Assembly: GCF_000142905.1 (NCBI RefSeq)
Contig: NW_013657667.1
Location: 130,801 to 194,800 of the forward strand
Length of the DNA stretch: 64,000 bases
Source of the DNA: Thecamonas trahens ATCC 50062
Taxonomy: Eukaryota; Protista; Apusomonadida
Direction: 5' to 3'
This document shows, one piece after another, positions 20,018 to 30,247 of this stretch (positions are counted from its first letter, which is position 1; the number at the start of each line of letters is the position of its first letter). The notes under the pieces were generated by a model. That model was not told where the DNA came from, did not search any database, and saw only the letters and a list, made by a program, of their open reading frames with translations. Position numbers and translations under genes: made by a program.

Positions 20018-23000
20018 ATGGGCTGTTCGAACAGCAGGGTCGTCTCGGTGAAGCCGTGCGGAAATCTCCTGTGCCTGGCAGGCATGTCGCTGACTGCGGA
20101 CCAAGAGCAGTCGACGCACTACACGTGCTCGGCCTATTGCCTGGACGAGATCAAACCCCTTCTCCATTTCACTCCTTCGAAGCCGGTGTACTCGGGCCAA
20201 TCGACTCGCATGTATCTCTCTTCTGCCTCATGGGTTGATCTTATGAAGACTGATATTGTGGACTACATGGGAAACATCCCCCCCCCCGTAAGCAAGCTCG
20301 AAATTCTCGGGCTCATGGCCAACAATCCGGAGATGGTCCTCAAGGTGATTGACCTGTCCAAGTGCTCGGCAACCAGCATGATTACCAAGGCCTTTCTGGA
20401 CTGTCTCCACCCGTCTGATCTGGAAGGCAAGTTTATTAGTGGCGCCCTGGCCATGAAGGACAAGGACGAAATCAATGATGTAGACGACCTCATGGCAGTG
20501 GTTGTCTACGCACAACTTGCGTGGCTTTACCAGCGCAGCGGCGGCGCTGAAGCCCTGGCTGATCTCCGCAAGCTTGTGAAAGTGCTCGGAGATGCAGGGG
20601 CTGAGGCGGAGGCTGAAGGGGATACTTTTCTTTTCAACGAGCTGAGCCTGTTCCGCTGCATCATTGAGCTCGAGACGCAGGACTCGCCGGCGAGTATGGT
20701 GTCCACGGTTGAAGCTCTTCTGGACCTTGCGCTGAAGTACGGAACTTCTCTCAGTTTTGCTGCTGCTGCATCTGGGCTCATGCGCTTGTTCGACGCCGAC
20801 ATGGGCGGCGCCATCGATGAGATCGTGCTGGCTCCCCGCACCAACGGACGTGGCTCGAAGTTTACTCTGAAGCTCGCCCACTTTCTCGCTGTCGAGTCCA
20901 GTGCCTGCTATGCCCCCCCTTCAGCTGCTGGCACCATGTTCCTTGCACATGACGCGCTCTTTCGGATCGCAAAGAACTACGCGCGAGTTTGGTCTGCGCC
21001 GCCACCGGCGGTACTCTGCGTGACGTTGATGCAATGTGGAGTTGCTGCGTTCCAGACGTGCATGCGGTTCATGACACCAGAATTGGTGCCCCGCGCGCCA
21101 GTCTTGGAGAGCGCATCGTCGATGGTAGCGGCTTTGACGGCGCAGCTCGATGTGTTCCTGCTCAACATGTGCCACAACTCGACCCAGATGCTGACCTCTG
21201 TGCCTGACCCCAAGGTGTATGTGCTGGCCTGTAAGATCATCAACACTGGCTGTGGTATTCTGAAAGAGAGAATGTGCTCTCCGGCCGCTCGGCTCCAGTT
21301 CGCTGCCGCAGCAATGGCCGTGTCTTCGCTCGAGTCGATGATCGGTGGTGACCATCTCGGCGAGCACGAGCCGGAGACGTGGCTGAAGCGTGCGGCATGC
21401 GTCGTCAGAAACGTTGATGTCGCCAGCGCTGACCTTGCCCAGTTTGATGTCGTGGCCACCGCCGGCATGGGCGAGTACTTTGCTTCTCTTGAACCGGCAT
21501 GCCTGCTTGCCACGGTCGAGGAACTGTTGGCTCGCGACGCCTCGCCGTTTGTCGCTTTTCTCACTGGCCTTCGACCCGATACTCTTGGCGAGTCTGCGAG
21601 CCGGTTGAGCGACGACGACGGCAGCGCCATTGCGCATTCCATGATGGCCAAGGCCGTTGCATCTGCTGCAGACAACGCTTCGCTCTCGAAATGGGATCGT
21701 CTTCGCATCTCTGTCGCGGCTGCCATGGTTGCTGCCTACAACGACGACTGCGAACGCGCCCATGAGCTTCTTCCCGAGCTGGATGTGGTCGCCACTGTCC
21801 GCGCTGGCCAGCCAGGCATTGTGCGGATGTGGCTGGTGGCGGCCGCCTTTCTCCGCGACTATGTCATTCCGGTCTCGTCGCGCCAAGTTGCCAACGCGCT
21901 CGAGGCTCTGACTGCGCTCGAGGCCGCGGCGATGAGCGACTGGATGGAAGCTGTGGCCAACAACGAGACCCACGTCTGCCCGGATCATACCTCGGGCTAC
22001 GGGTTGCGGCTCCATTTTCGCCCGCTACGCCAACTCGACGCCCCGTGGCGCGCCTCGCAACTTCTTATGGCTGATCGTGAGGCTGCGCGGCAGACGGCGG
22101 TGAGCCAGCGCGGCCGCATGGCATTTTTGCGCAAGGTCGACGTCGGCCGCATGAGCAAGTCCGCAGGCTCGGGTATTGTAGTCCAGTTTGGTGTCTTGGG
22201 CCCTTCGACAGTACCCGAGATGCAGCACTTTGCCGAGGACGTGCTGCTTGCTGCAGTCTGGGCTGGTTCTGGAGAGCCGTGTCTGGCACGGGCCGAGATC
22301 GAGCCGGAGGCTCGTCAAGCCGAGCTCGGTGTCTTTTTGGAAGAAGTGTGGCAGCTGGTGGCTGACGTGGGTGGGACGAGCAGGTCGCGGGTTGTCCTGG
22401 TGCCGGATGGCTGGCTCGGCGAACACCCGCTCCACGCCGTACCCACCGAGTCGGGTCGGCTCATCGATCGTGTAGCGTCAGTATTCTACGCGACCACGCC
22501 GCAGCTCGATATCAAGAAGGGCAAGCGCAAGACGCCGCTAGTGACGCCGGCATTGGTCGCAGGCGAGGCGGACGAGACGGTTCTCGGCACGCTACTGGCA
22601 GTGGCAAGCATGTATGGTGGGAGTGTGGCCGAGCTCGGCAAGCCTCCCTTGCTGGAACCGTCCGAGTCGAAACAAACCATAACTGGTGTCATCCAGCTCA
22701 ACCTCGAGGACATCAGTGGTCAGAGGCCGGAGCCAACAGTGGTGCTGCCGTGTGACGGTCCCCAGGGCGCGACCGAGATGAAGCTCTTCCCCGAGCTCAT
22801 CAGCGGTCTGACCAAGAACAGGACTGCGCAGCTTGCCGCACTGGTCTCGCGACACGGGTTTGGCCTCACAAGAGTGATGGAGAGGCCGTGCGTGGTGCGG
22901 GCACTCTTGTCTAAAGCCGCCCGTGTGGTGATCGCGCCGCTCGGCGACGTGGCGTTGGCGTCGCAAGCCGCAGTCCTTGCGCAGTTGTTCGTGTTCCTCG

Positions 23001-23116
23001 CGAGCGAGCCGCTGCCCAGGAAGAACACGTTGCCTTCCCTCCTGCGGGCGGCGCAGGACGCCGCAGTGGCCGGAGGAGCGAGTGACGATGTCTACCGCCT
23101 CGCTTTGGTGGTTTAG
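20018..23116 (+). CDS. Helical-repeat protein with C-terminal CHAT (caspase-like) domain lacking catalytic residues; N-terminal MGC acylation motif
   Basis: RVVLVPDGWLGEHPLHAV..GRLIDR..VFYA, RALLSKAARVVIAPLGDV and LLRAAQ follow the CHAT consensus order. Start chosen at MGCSNS; the ORF is open from 19892. Confidence 0.68.
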   Translation: MGCSNSRVVSVKPCGNLLCLAGMSLTADQEQSTHYTCSAYCLDEIKPLLHFTPSKPVYSGQSTRMYLSSASWVDLMKTDIVDYMGNIPPPVSKLEILGLMANNPEMVLKVIDLSKCSATSMITKAFLDCLHPSDLEGKFISGALAMKDKDEINDVDDLMAVVVYAQLAWLYQRSGGAEALADLRKLVKVLGDAGAEAEAEGDTFLFNELSLFRCIIELETQDSPASMVSTVEALLDLALKYGTSLSFAAAASGLMRLFDADMGGAIDEIVLAPRTNGRGSKFTLKLAHFLAVESSACYAPPSAAGTMFLAHDALFRIAKNYARVWSAPPPAVLCVTLMQCGVAAFQTCMRFMTPELVPRAPVLESASSMVAALTAQLDVFLLNMCHNSTQMLTSVPDPKVYVLACKIINTGCGILKERMCSPAARLQFAAAAMAVSSLESMIGGDHLGEHEPETWLKRAACVVRNVDVASADLAQFDVVATAGMGEYFASLEPACLLATVEELLARDASPFVAFLTGLRPDTLGESASRLSDDDGSAIAHSMMAKAVASAADNASLSKWDRLRISVAAAMVAAYNDDCERAHELLPELDVVATVRAGQPGIVRMWLVAAAFLRDYVIPVSSRQVANALEALTALEAAAMSDWMEAVANNETHVCPDHTSGYGLRLHFRPLRQLDAPWRASQLLMADREAARQTAVSQRGRMAFLRKVDVGRMSKSAGSGIVVQFGVLGPSTVPEMQHFAEDVLLAAVWAGSGEPCLARAEIEPEARQAELGVFLEEVWQLVADVGGTSRSRVVLVPDGWLGEHPLHAVPTESGRLIDRVASVFYATTPQLDIKKGKRKTPLVTPALVAGEADETVLGTLLAVASMYGGSVAELGKPPLLEPSESKQTITGVIQLNLEDISGQRPEPTVVLPCDGPQGATEMKLFPELISGLTKNRTAQLAALVSRHGFGLTRVMERPCVVRALLSKAARVVIAPLGDVALASQAAVLAQLFVFLASEPLPRKNTLPSLLRAAQDAAVAGGASDDVYRLALVV

Positions 23117-24774
23117 GTGGCAGAGCGCTTCCACACAACGAGCTCGGATTGAACGCCGCGGTCAACTGCGAGATGAGCATGAAAGTGGCGAGCAGACTCG
23201 ACGTAGCTCGCCGAGTCGAGCCATGGGCGGATGTGCGGCTCGATCGATGCAAAGGCGACAACGAGTGCGCCGGGGGAGTCATCAATGCTGTCGCCGTGTT
23301 GCTCGAGCCAATGTGCGGGATCCAAGGCAAAGGCCTCGGCTTCGTCGACGTAGGAGGCAAAGTCGAGGACACCACGGGTGCGATAGGCGTCTTCGGCAAA
23401 TGGCGGCGAACAGTCGAGGAACCGAAGCGTGAGATTGGGTGCGTGGACAAACGAGTGGAACGGGGTGGCGTGGCAAGGGGTGAGAAAGGTGACCGACGGC
23501 GGCGGGTGTGGCCCGTGAGCGCGGGCCTGGATGTCCCACATGACATCGATGGCGCCACGCTGGTGAACAAAGCAGGTGTATGCGGTGAGGACGACAGCAG
23601 CGATCGCCACAAGGCCGATGAGCGACGCTGCTGCCCAGCGCTTGGTGCGGGTGGCGCCAGCGACTGCCGCCGAGTAGAGGCCGATGGCCCCGGCGGTGGT
23701 GCGGACGTGAAAGACGGCGAGGAGTGGATACAGAAAGCGGGACTCTTTGTGGCCAAGCAGCGAGTAGACACCAAGCGCGGCTGCCAGGACGACATCCAGC
23801 TGGCGGAGCGCGGCGGCAGCGCCCGCCACCGGGCCGCAGAGCCACGAAGCGAGAAAGAGAACGAGCGCCGGTCCGAGTAGCTCGGGCACACCGGCAGTCA
23901 GGTACCAGTGCCACGGATGAGTGCCGTAGAAGGCGGCCACCGAGTGAGCGAGGTTGAACGAGACAAAGTTGAGCGGTGCAAGGGTCCACGCGCAGTAGAG
24001 CGCAGAGTCAATGGCCACAAGCAGTGCCACGGCTCCCAACGCGGCGGGCAGCAGTACACTCAGTGTGTAGTGCGCGAGCGCAGAGGAGAAGAGGCCACGG
24101 CCGCCTGCGGCTGCGGCGACTTGGACGAGAGTGGCAGTGTAGAGCGCGGCAAAGATGACGGCGGCAGTGGGGCGGAGCGCAACGGCGGCGGCCATGCACC
24201 CGGCGCTTTGGAGGATACAGCGGCGAAGCGTAGCCCGATCGGCTTGTGGGAGCGAGGCTGGGTCAGCAGCGAGGAGCGATGCGCTGCTCCCGGACGCCGG
24301 CCAAGCAAGGAGGGCGGCAGCGACCGGGAGCGCGGCCATCGTCGACGAGAGAGTTCGCGTCCCGCAAAAGGCAGCGTACCATGATCCCAGCTGGACTGCG
24401 GCAGCAGCGGGGAAGACAAGCTTGCCGCGCGGGAGGCGGGCGATGACGAGGCGGACAACGAGCACATCAGTTGCGGCCTGAACAAGGGCTTGGAGCAGTC
24501 GCGGAGCATAAATGACTGCGGCGGGAGTGTCTGCACCGATGGCGGCGAGCAGCGCGTAGAGAGCAGCAAAGATGGCTGGGTGCAGATGCGAGCGCAGGCG
24601 GGCAGTGGACCACTCCCAGGTGGTGTGTCCGTAGCCAAAGACCAGGGCATGGGCCACCTCTGGTCCCTGCCAGTACTCGTCAGGCGCAAAGTAGGTAGCA
24701 AGGGTGAGGGCGAGGGCCAGGCGCAGGAGGCAAGCCCCAGCCAGTAGTTGTGCATCTCGACTGAGGCCGACCAT
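23113..24774 (-). CDS. PIGB: GPI mannosyltransferase 3 (PIG-B/Gpi10, GT22)
   Basis: TYFAPDEYWQGPEVAH..FGYGHTTWEW..LRS, FYGTHPWHWY, YSLLGHKESRF, HQRG, FLTPCHATPFHS and FLDCSP motifs. Confidence 0.95.
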   Translation of the reverse strand: MVGLSRDAQLLAGACLLRLALALTLATYFAPDEYWQGPEVAHALVFGYGHTTWEWSTARLRSHLHPAIFAALYALLAAIGADTPAAVIYAPRLLQALVQAATDVLVVRLVIARLPRGKLVFPAAAAVQLGSWYAAFCGTRTLSSTMAALPVAAALLAWPASGSSASLLAADPASLPQADRATLRRCILQSAGCMAAAVALRPTAAVIFAALYTATLVQVAAAAGGRGLFSSALAHYTLSVLLPAALGAVALLVAIDSALYCAWTLAPLNFVSFNLAHSVAAFYGTHPWHWYLTAGVPELLGPALVLFLASWLCGPVAGAAAALRQLDVVLAAALGVYSLLGHKESRFLYPLLAVFHVRTTAGAIGLYSAAVAGATRTKRWAAASLIGLVAIAAVVLTAYTCFVHQRGAIDVMWDIQARAHGPHPPPSVTFLTPCHATPFHSFVHAPNLTLRFLDCSPPFAEDAYRTRGVLDFASYVDEAEAFALDPAHWLEQHGDSIDDSPGALVVAFASIEPHIRPWLDSASYVESARHFHAHLAVDRGVQSELVVWKRSAT

Positions 24775-25341
24775 AGTGGGGAGGGGGGGGGGGGCGCCTG
24801 TGGGAGGTGGATCGTGGGGGTGGACATTGGCGATGAGTCGAGTCGCTGTCTGCTGTCGGTGCGGGTGATGGGCGAGTGACTGGCCAACCGGGTGTGGTCT
24901 GGCCGTTCTGGTCTGGCCATGGGCGAATGGCGCCATTCGCCATGCGGCAGACCGACCACGAGGCAGGAGGCTGAGTGGAGGGAGGGGGTGACACACTCCA
25001 CTGACACTCTGGCAGAGTACGTAGACATGTGTAGTGGGGATAGAGGATGTTGTGGATGGAGGTGGAGGTGGGAGAATGTCGGCTGGTCTCTCTCCCTCTC
25101 TCTTTCTCTCTCTCTCTCTCTCTCTGTGGTGGCTCGGCTGTGCTGGCTGTCTCCGCCCTCGCTCTCCCTGTCGCCGTTGCTGCTACCGGCCGTATGAAGG
25201 AAGGCGAGAAGGCGGGTGGCAGGTGGCGGGAGGCAGGTGGCAGTGGAGGGAAGAAGGGAAGGGAGGGGAAAGGGAAGGGAAGGGAAGGGAAGGGAAGGGT
25301 GGGTGTGGGGAAGGGTGGGAGGGGTGGCTCATGGGTGATGG

Positions 25342-26106
25342 GTGCTTTGGGGCGCAGTGGTCTCGAGAAAGACAAAGGCGTCGTCCAAGACAGAGCCGAC
25401 GACGGCCAAGTTCTGGGAGGTGGAGCAGGCGAGTCCGTACGAGAAGAAGTCATCGCGGAAGGCATCGACCAAGAGCTCGACCAAGAAGAAGAGCTCGGCC
25501 AAGAAGAGCCCGGCTAAGAGCAAGGCGTCGGCCAAGAAGGGCAAAGCTGCGTCGCCGGCGCCGACTCGCGCGTCGTCGCGCAGGTCAAAGGCCACGCCGC
25601 GCGCACAGGCGGCAAAGGCCGCTGCAGAGCCCGAAAAGACCAAGAAGGCCGCGTCCAAGAAGAAGAAGGCTGCATCCAAGAAGGCTGCGCCCAAGAAGGC
25701 CGCGTCCAAGAAGAAGGCTGCGCCCAAGAAGGCGTCGACCCGGTCGTCCCGCCGGTCGGCGTCGCGCAAGGCGGACGCCGATGCCACCAGTGAGAAACCC
25801 GCCAAGTCGGCCAACAAGCGCAAGCGGTCGGCCCGTGCCGCTACTGTCGATGACGACGAAAAGAAGTCCGCCGCCAAGGGCCGCAGCTCCAAGAAGGCCA
25901 AGTCGCTCTCCGAGCCGCCGGCTGGCAGCAACGACCTCGTCGCCGCACGCATCGAGAGCTATGAGGAGCGCGACGGCGTCATTTACGAGCTTGTCCGCTG
26001 GGAGGACAACGGTGAACTGGCATCGATCCCTGCGCCGGACCAGGAGGCCGCCCGCGTCGAATTTGCCGAGCAGAACACGTCCAAGTCGTCGTGCGTCATC
26101 TCGTAG
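25342..26106 (+). CDS. Lys/Ala/Ser-rich histone-H1-like protein with C-terminal chromoshadow-like domain; 5' exon not resolved (likely acceptor CAG near 25357)
   Basis: KKAAPKKAASKKK repeats with strong codon bias. The C-terminus LVAARIESYEERDGVIYELVRWEDNGELASIPA..VEFAEQ resembles the HP1 chromoshadow domain. Confidence 0.6.
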   Translation: MLWGAVVSRKTKASSKTEPTTAKFWEVEQASPYEKKSSRKASTKSSTKKKSSAKKSPAKSKASAKKGKAASPAPTRASSRRSKATPRAQAAKAAAEPEKTKKAASKKKKAASKKAAPKKAASKKKAAPKKASTRSSRRSASRKADADATSEKPAKSANKRKRSARAATVDDDEKKSAAKGRSSKKAKSLSEPPAGSNDLVAARIESYEERDGVIYELVRWEDNGELASIPAPDQEAARVEFAEQNTSKSSCVIS

Positions 26107-26203
26107 CTCTGCGCCTGTCCCACATGGCGTCACTCCCGGGTAAATGACACAGTATCTCACAGACCAAGGCAGTTTAGCACCCCAGTGAAACGGGCGAGCA
26201 GAC

Positions 26204-26982
26204 CTACGCCGAGGTCGAGGCAAACTTGGCGCGGACGTCAGCAAAGACCTCGTCGACGGTCCGGGTCGAGTCGATCTCGTGGCAGCGGGACTGGGCCTTG
26301 AGGGCGTCGATGACGGCATGGAGGTCTCGTGGAAGACGCGGAAGCGCTTCTTGATGGCCTCGATGTTGTCGTCGACGCGGCCGGACGTCTTGCCGCGCTC
26401 CAGCAGGCGCTGCTCGAGCACATCCTCGGTGCACTTGAAGTAGAGGCAGAACTGGGCGGGGACAACCGTGGCCTCAAAGGCCTCAAACTGGTCGACGGCG
26501 CGCGGGAAGCCATCGATGAGGTAGCCAGCCGGGTTGGCCGCCGACTCCATGGCGGTCTTCAGCAGGCCGATGGTGATCTCCATCGGCACAATGAGTCCGT
26601 TCTTGATGTAGTCGTTGATGAGCTCGGCTGCCTCGGAGCCAGAATCACGCTCTGCCCGGAGCAGGTCGCCCGCCGACAGATGGGTAAAGCCAAACTCCTC
26701 GACGAGCTTGGCGCACTGGGTGCCCTTGCCCGCACCGGGGCCGCCTACCACACCATGGCAGCAATATAAAATACACGCCGAGTGAGAGTGAGTAAGATAG
26801 TGAGTGAGGGATGGAGGGATGGAGGGAGAGTGCGTGGGTCTGTGTATGCTCCTCCGTCCACCAGGTTGCCTGGCTCGGGCTCATACCCCCCCCACCCCCC
26901 CCCCCCCAGCACCCGCACCCGCACCCGCATACATACCGAGGACAAAGTAGGCCTTGGCCTGGGAAACGTCGAACGAAGCCAT
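26204..26982 (-). CDS. CMPK1: UMP-CMP kinase; intron 26936-26745; one-base frameshift near 26315
   Basis: Spliced YFVLG|GPGAGKGTQC, HLSAGDLLRAE, LIDGFPR and RGKTSGRVDDN. Adding one C gives MPVIDALKAQSRCHEIDSTRTVDEVF. Confidence 0.93.
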
Positions 26983-27257
26983 GATGATTGAGCGGAGGGT
27001 ACTGCGCATGCAAGTGGGGTGGTGGGGTGGTAGGAGTGGGGCATGTGGGCTTGGGTTGACGGGGAGGGGTTGGCGGGCAAACTGCTGTGCCAACAGAGAC
27101 GATGAAGGCGAGTCGGGGAAAACAGACTTGGGCGAACAGAGGCAACGTTACTGGCTGCTTGATAGCATGGTGCAATAGGGAGGGGGGGGTGGATACGGGA
27201 GAAGGAGATGGTGTTATCATTGCTATCGTCGCGGTCGCAACCGTCATCGCCACCACT

Positions 27258-28465
27258 TCAGGTCGTCACGATTGGATGCACCATGTTGATGGCCATGGAG
27301 AGCGGGATAGCAAGAAGGAGGTAGAGCAACCAGCAGACGACGTTGGTGGCGACAAAGATGGTGGTAAACTTGGTCACGTACGCCTTGGGATTCCGCCATT
27401 TGAGGATAAGCGGGCGGGTCGTGGGGCCGATGAGTGCGCCTTGGCTGGTGCCGACCGCCACCCGCGCCGCGTCCTCGATCCGCGACCGTGTTAGGCCTGA
27501 CGCCACGTATCCACCACTGTAGTCGACAGCAAGGTCGGAGAACTTACTTGCAACGACCCAGACGTTGACCGGGCCGATAGGGCGGGTGCCGTTGGCGGCG
27601 TCGACCGCGGCGCGCGAGACGAGCGGCGCCACAAGAATCGGCTGCTCGCCGCCGGTCGAGCGGGTGAACTCGGTGAGGAGTACCGCATCGGTAAAGGTGA
27701 ACGCCTTGGCGTTGCCGTACGCGTCGACGTTGTCGACAGAAATGTCGTATGCCACCCGGTTGTTGATGCTCACGTCCCACACTACCGGCCACACAAAGCC
27801 CGAGACGCAAACCGCGGTCGCCAGCGCGAGCGAGAGCACGCCAACAACCACAAGGTAGGTGATGCGATCGGCAAACTCGTCGGGCCGATTCTGCATGTAC
27901 CGGAAAAAGTAGAACGAGGCCGCAAGGCCTGGAACCAGCCACCAGTACACCATCGCCACCATAAGAACATTGCCGAGGTACGAGGCGTGAGCCACAACGA
28001 GCGCGATGACCTCGATCACCGCGGCCACAACCGCCACAAAAGCCACGTACGACACGTTTGAAACACCACCGCGGCGATGCCGGGCGGAATCACTGGCGCA
28101 CGGCGCTGTGCCACAGGGCGTCCTGTATACGGCGAGCGCGCCACTGGACGAGGTGCTGCGGCCTCCTCGTCGGCCACCGACGCCGTCGATCCGAGCAGCG
28201 ACTTGGCGGCCGAGTGCGCAGTCTCGTCATCGCCGTCCAACGACGACGCCGTCAGCGCCGACGAGCAGGAGTCCGAGCATGTGCCCAAGCCCTCACCCGA
28301 CGCCGAACTCGAGCTTGCGCGCCGGGTCGGCACGCTGCGCGCTGTCGTCGTCACGCTGTTCTGCGCCTCGAGTCGCTTCACCAGTGCCGTGAGCTCATCG
28401 ATCCGTTGCTCGGCGGCGGCGAGGCGGCGGGTGGCATCGGCGGTGCCATTGTCGGGAGACTCCAT
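27258..28465 (-). CDS. Uncharacterised membrane protein: N-terminal coiled coil, about 4 TM helices and an extracytoplasmic domain; probable frameshift near 28160
   Basis: ORF 27258-28055 has clear hydrophobic helices but no ATG. The upstream MESPDNG..AEQRIDELTALVKRLE segment (ATG 28465) joins it if one G is added at gagg. Confidence 0.6.
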
Positions 28466-28805
28466 TGTTTCGGGACGGGATGGTCGGAGTGATGCTGCCA
28501 AGAGTGGGCTGGGTTGGGGGGCCGGGGTGCGTGCGCGGGATAGAAAATGGGGCTTCTTTTGTAGCCGCTGGCAAGCAATTTGCTCGTGGTTCTCAGAACC
28601 AAGACGCAGGTTGGGCCGAGGCGCATGTGCGGACGAGGAGAAGAGGGGACGGAGCAAATGGAAGCAGTTGGAGGTGTGGGAATAGAAAGACCAGTGATGC
28701 AGTCGGTCGTGGTCAAAGCGGGGAGTGCGCGGCAGGGATCGACAGTTTATGGTTGCAGGCGGGCGCCGCACCGCGCGATGCAAAGGGAGGAGGACGGAGA
28801 GTACA

Positions 28806-29894
28806 TCACTGGTGGAACGGGACGAGGCGGATGCGGCTCGGGTCTGATGGGTGCTTCTCGATGGCGCCAGCACGGAGGAGGAGCTCGATGTATGGCTCAT
28901 ACATGGAGGACTCGATCGGGATGTAGGCCGACGAGAGCGAGTCGTCCATGGTGGCGGCGAGGAGCTGGGCGAGCGTATCTTCGAGCGAGTCCCAGTAGCC
29001 GGCGACCTCGGGCCGGACAACAGGCGGATAGGCCTTGGCCACAAAGTCCTTGAGCGACTCGCCGAGCCACGAGGTGTAGCCCTTGAGGGCGCGCTCCTTG
29101 GCGGCGAGATCGAGTTCGCGCTGCTGGACAAGCTCGGCCACGTCGTCGTCGTTGAGGCTCACGCCGCCAGCCGCCGCGTCAAGGACGCCGCCAAGACCTT
29201 CAGGCAGGAGCGCCATCTTGCCCTCGAGCTGGGCCTGCAGGGCGCGGCCGACGGCTCGACGTTCCTCAAGGATGCCGCGCTGGAGCAGGACCTCATCGTC
29301 GAGGGAGGCGAGCCGGGCATTGAGCACATTGGCGGTGATGTCCAGCTCCTCCACGAGGCCCTCGAGCATGGCGAGCATGGCGACGCGGGTCTCGGCTAGC
29401 GAGCGCCGCTTGCCGCGGTTGTCCGGAGGCGCGTCGAGGATGGCGCGGGCGGTGTCGAGCTCGCGCTGCAGCAGTGTCGCCTCCAACAGGAGCTGCATCA
29501 CCATCGGCGCCGCCCACGGCGCCGACGACGGTGCCAGCGGATCCAATGCATCCTTTAGGCCTGGCGCCACCGCCGGCGCGAGCACCTCCTTGCCCTTTGC
29601 CGCCGCAAAGCTCGCGGCATCGTCCTTCAGCGCCGCCGACAGCGCCGCAATCCGAGCACGGACCTCCTCCAATGCCTTTCGCACCGGATGGTTCTCACCA
29701 GACGTTGCACTCGCACCTGATGCCACCGACCCAGTCCTCACCGCACCCGCGCCGTCGTCCTCGCTCTCGCTCTCGCGCCTTGCCGCCGTCGTTGCCGCCC
29801 GGCTGCCGACATGCTTGGCGGCAAGTGCCATGTGCCGGGCCCGGGCCGCAAGGTCCAGAGCTGCTGCATGGGTCGTGTGGTAGGTCGCTGCCAT
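28806..29894 (-). CDS. CENPK: Centromere protein K (CCAN subunit)
   Basis: Coiled coil plus C-terminal LKDFVAKAYP..SLEDTLAQLL..AYIPI..YEPYIELLLRAGAIEKHPSDPSRIRLVPFHQ, matching CENP-K WPPYVELLLRNGIALRHPEDPTRIRLEAFHQ. Confidence 0.88.
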   Translation of the reverse strand: MAATYHTTHAAALDLAARARHMALAAKHVGSRAATTAARRESESEDDGAGAVRTGSVASGASATSGENHPVRKALEEVRARIAALSAALKDDAASFAAAKGKEVLAPAVAPGLKDALDPLAPSSAPWAAPMVMQLLLEATLLQRELDTARAILDAPPDNRGKRRSLAETRVAMLAMLEGLVEELDITANVLNARLASLDDEVLLQRGILEERRAVGRALQAQLEGKMALLPEGLGGVLDAAAGGVSLNDDDVAELVQQRELDLAAKERALKGYTSWLGESLKDFVAKAYPPVVRPEVAGYWDSLEDTLAQLLAATMDDSLSSAYIPIESSMYEPYIELLLRAGAIEKHPSDPSRIRLVPFHQ

Positions 29895-30247
29895 GACTAC
29901 ACGTGTGAGAGAAGAGGTAAAGTGGACTGTACTGCCAGTCGTAGGTGCTGCCGGAGAGTTGGCAGGAGGAGGAGGGGGGGGGGGGGGGCGCGGGCGGGAA
30001 GCGCACCGAGTGTAAGGGAGATGGACGTCCGAACCCAAGAGGGGGGAGATCGATGACAACAAGCGCTTGTGAGCAAATGGGTGGAAGTGTGTTTATGAAC
30101 ACATGCTGCAAGCGGGGGTGATCAGCATGGGCATGGCAATGATAGCAGCTGTAATAGTCGCGAGGTAGAATCACCAGACTCGAGTCGACCACCAACAGAG
30201 TGTCCGCCAACCACCTCCTCCACCGCCTCCCCCCACCTTGATGATTG

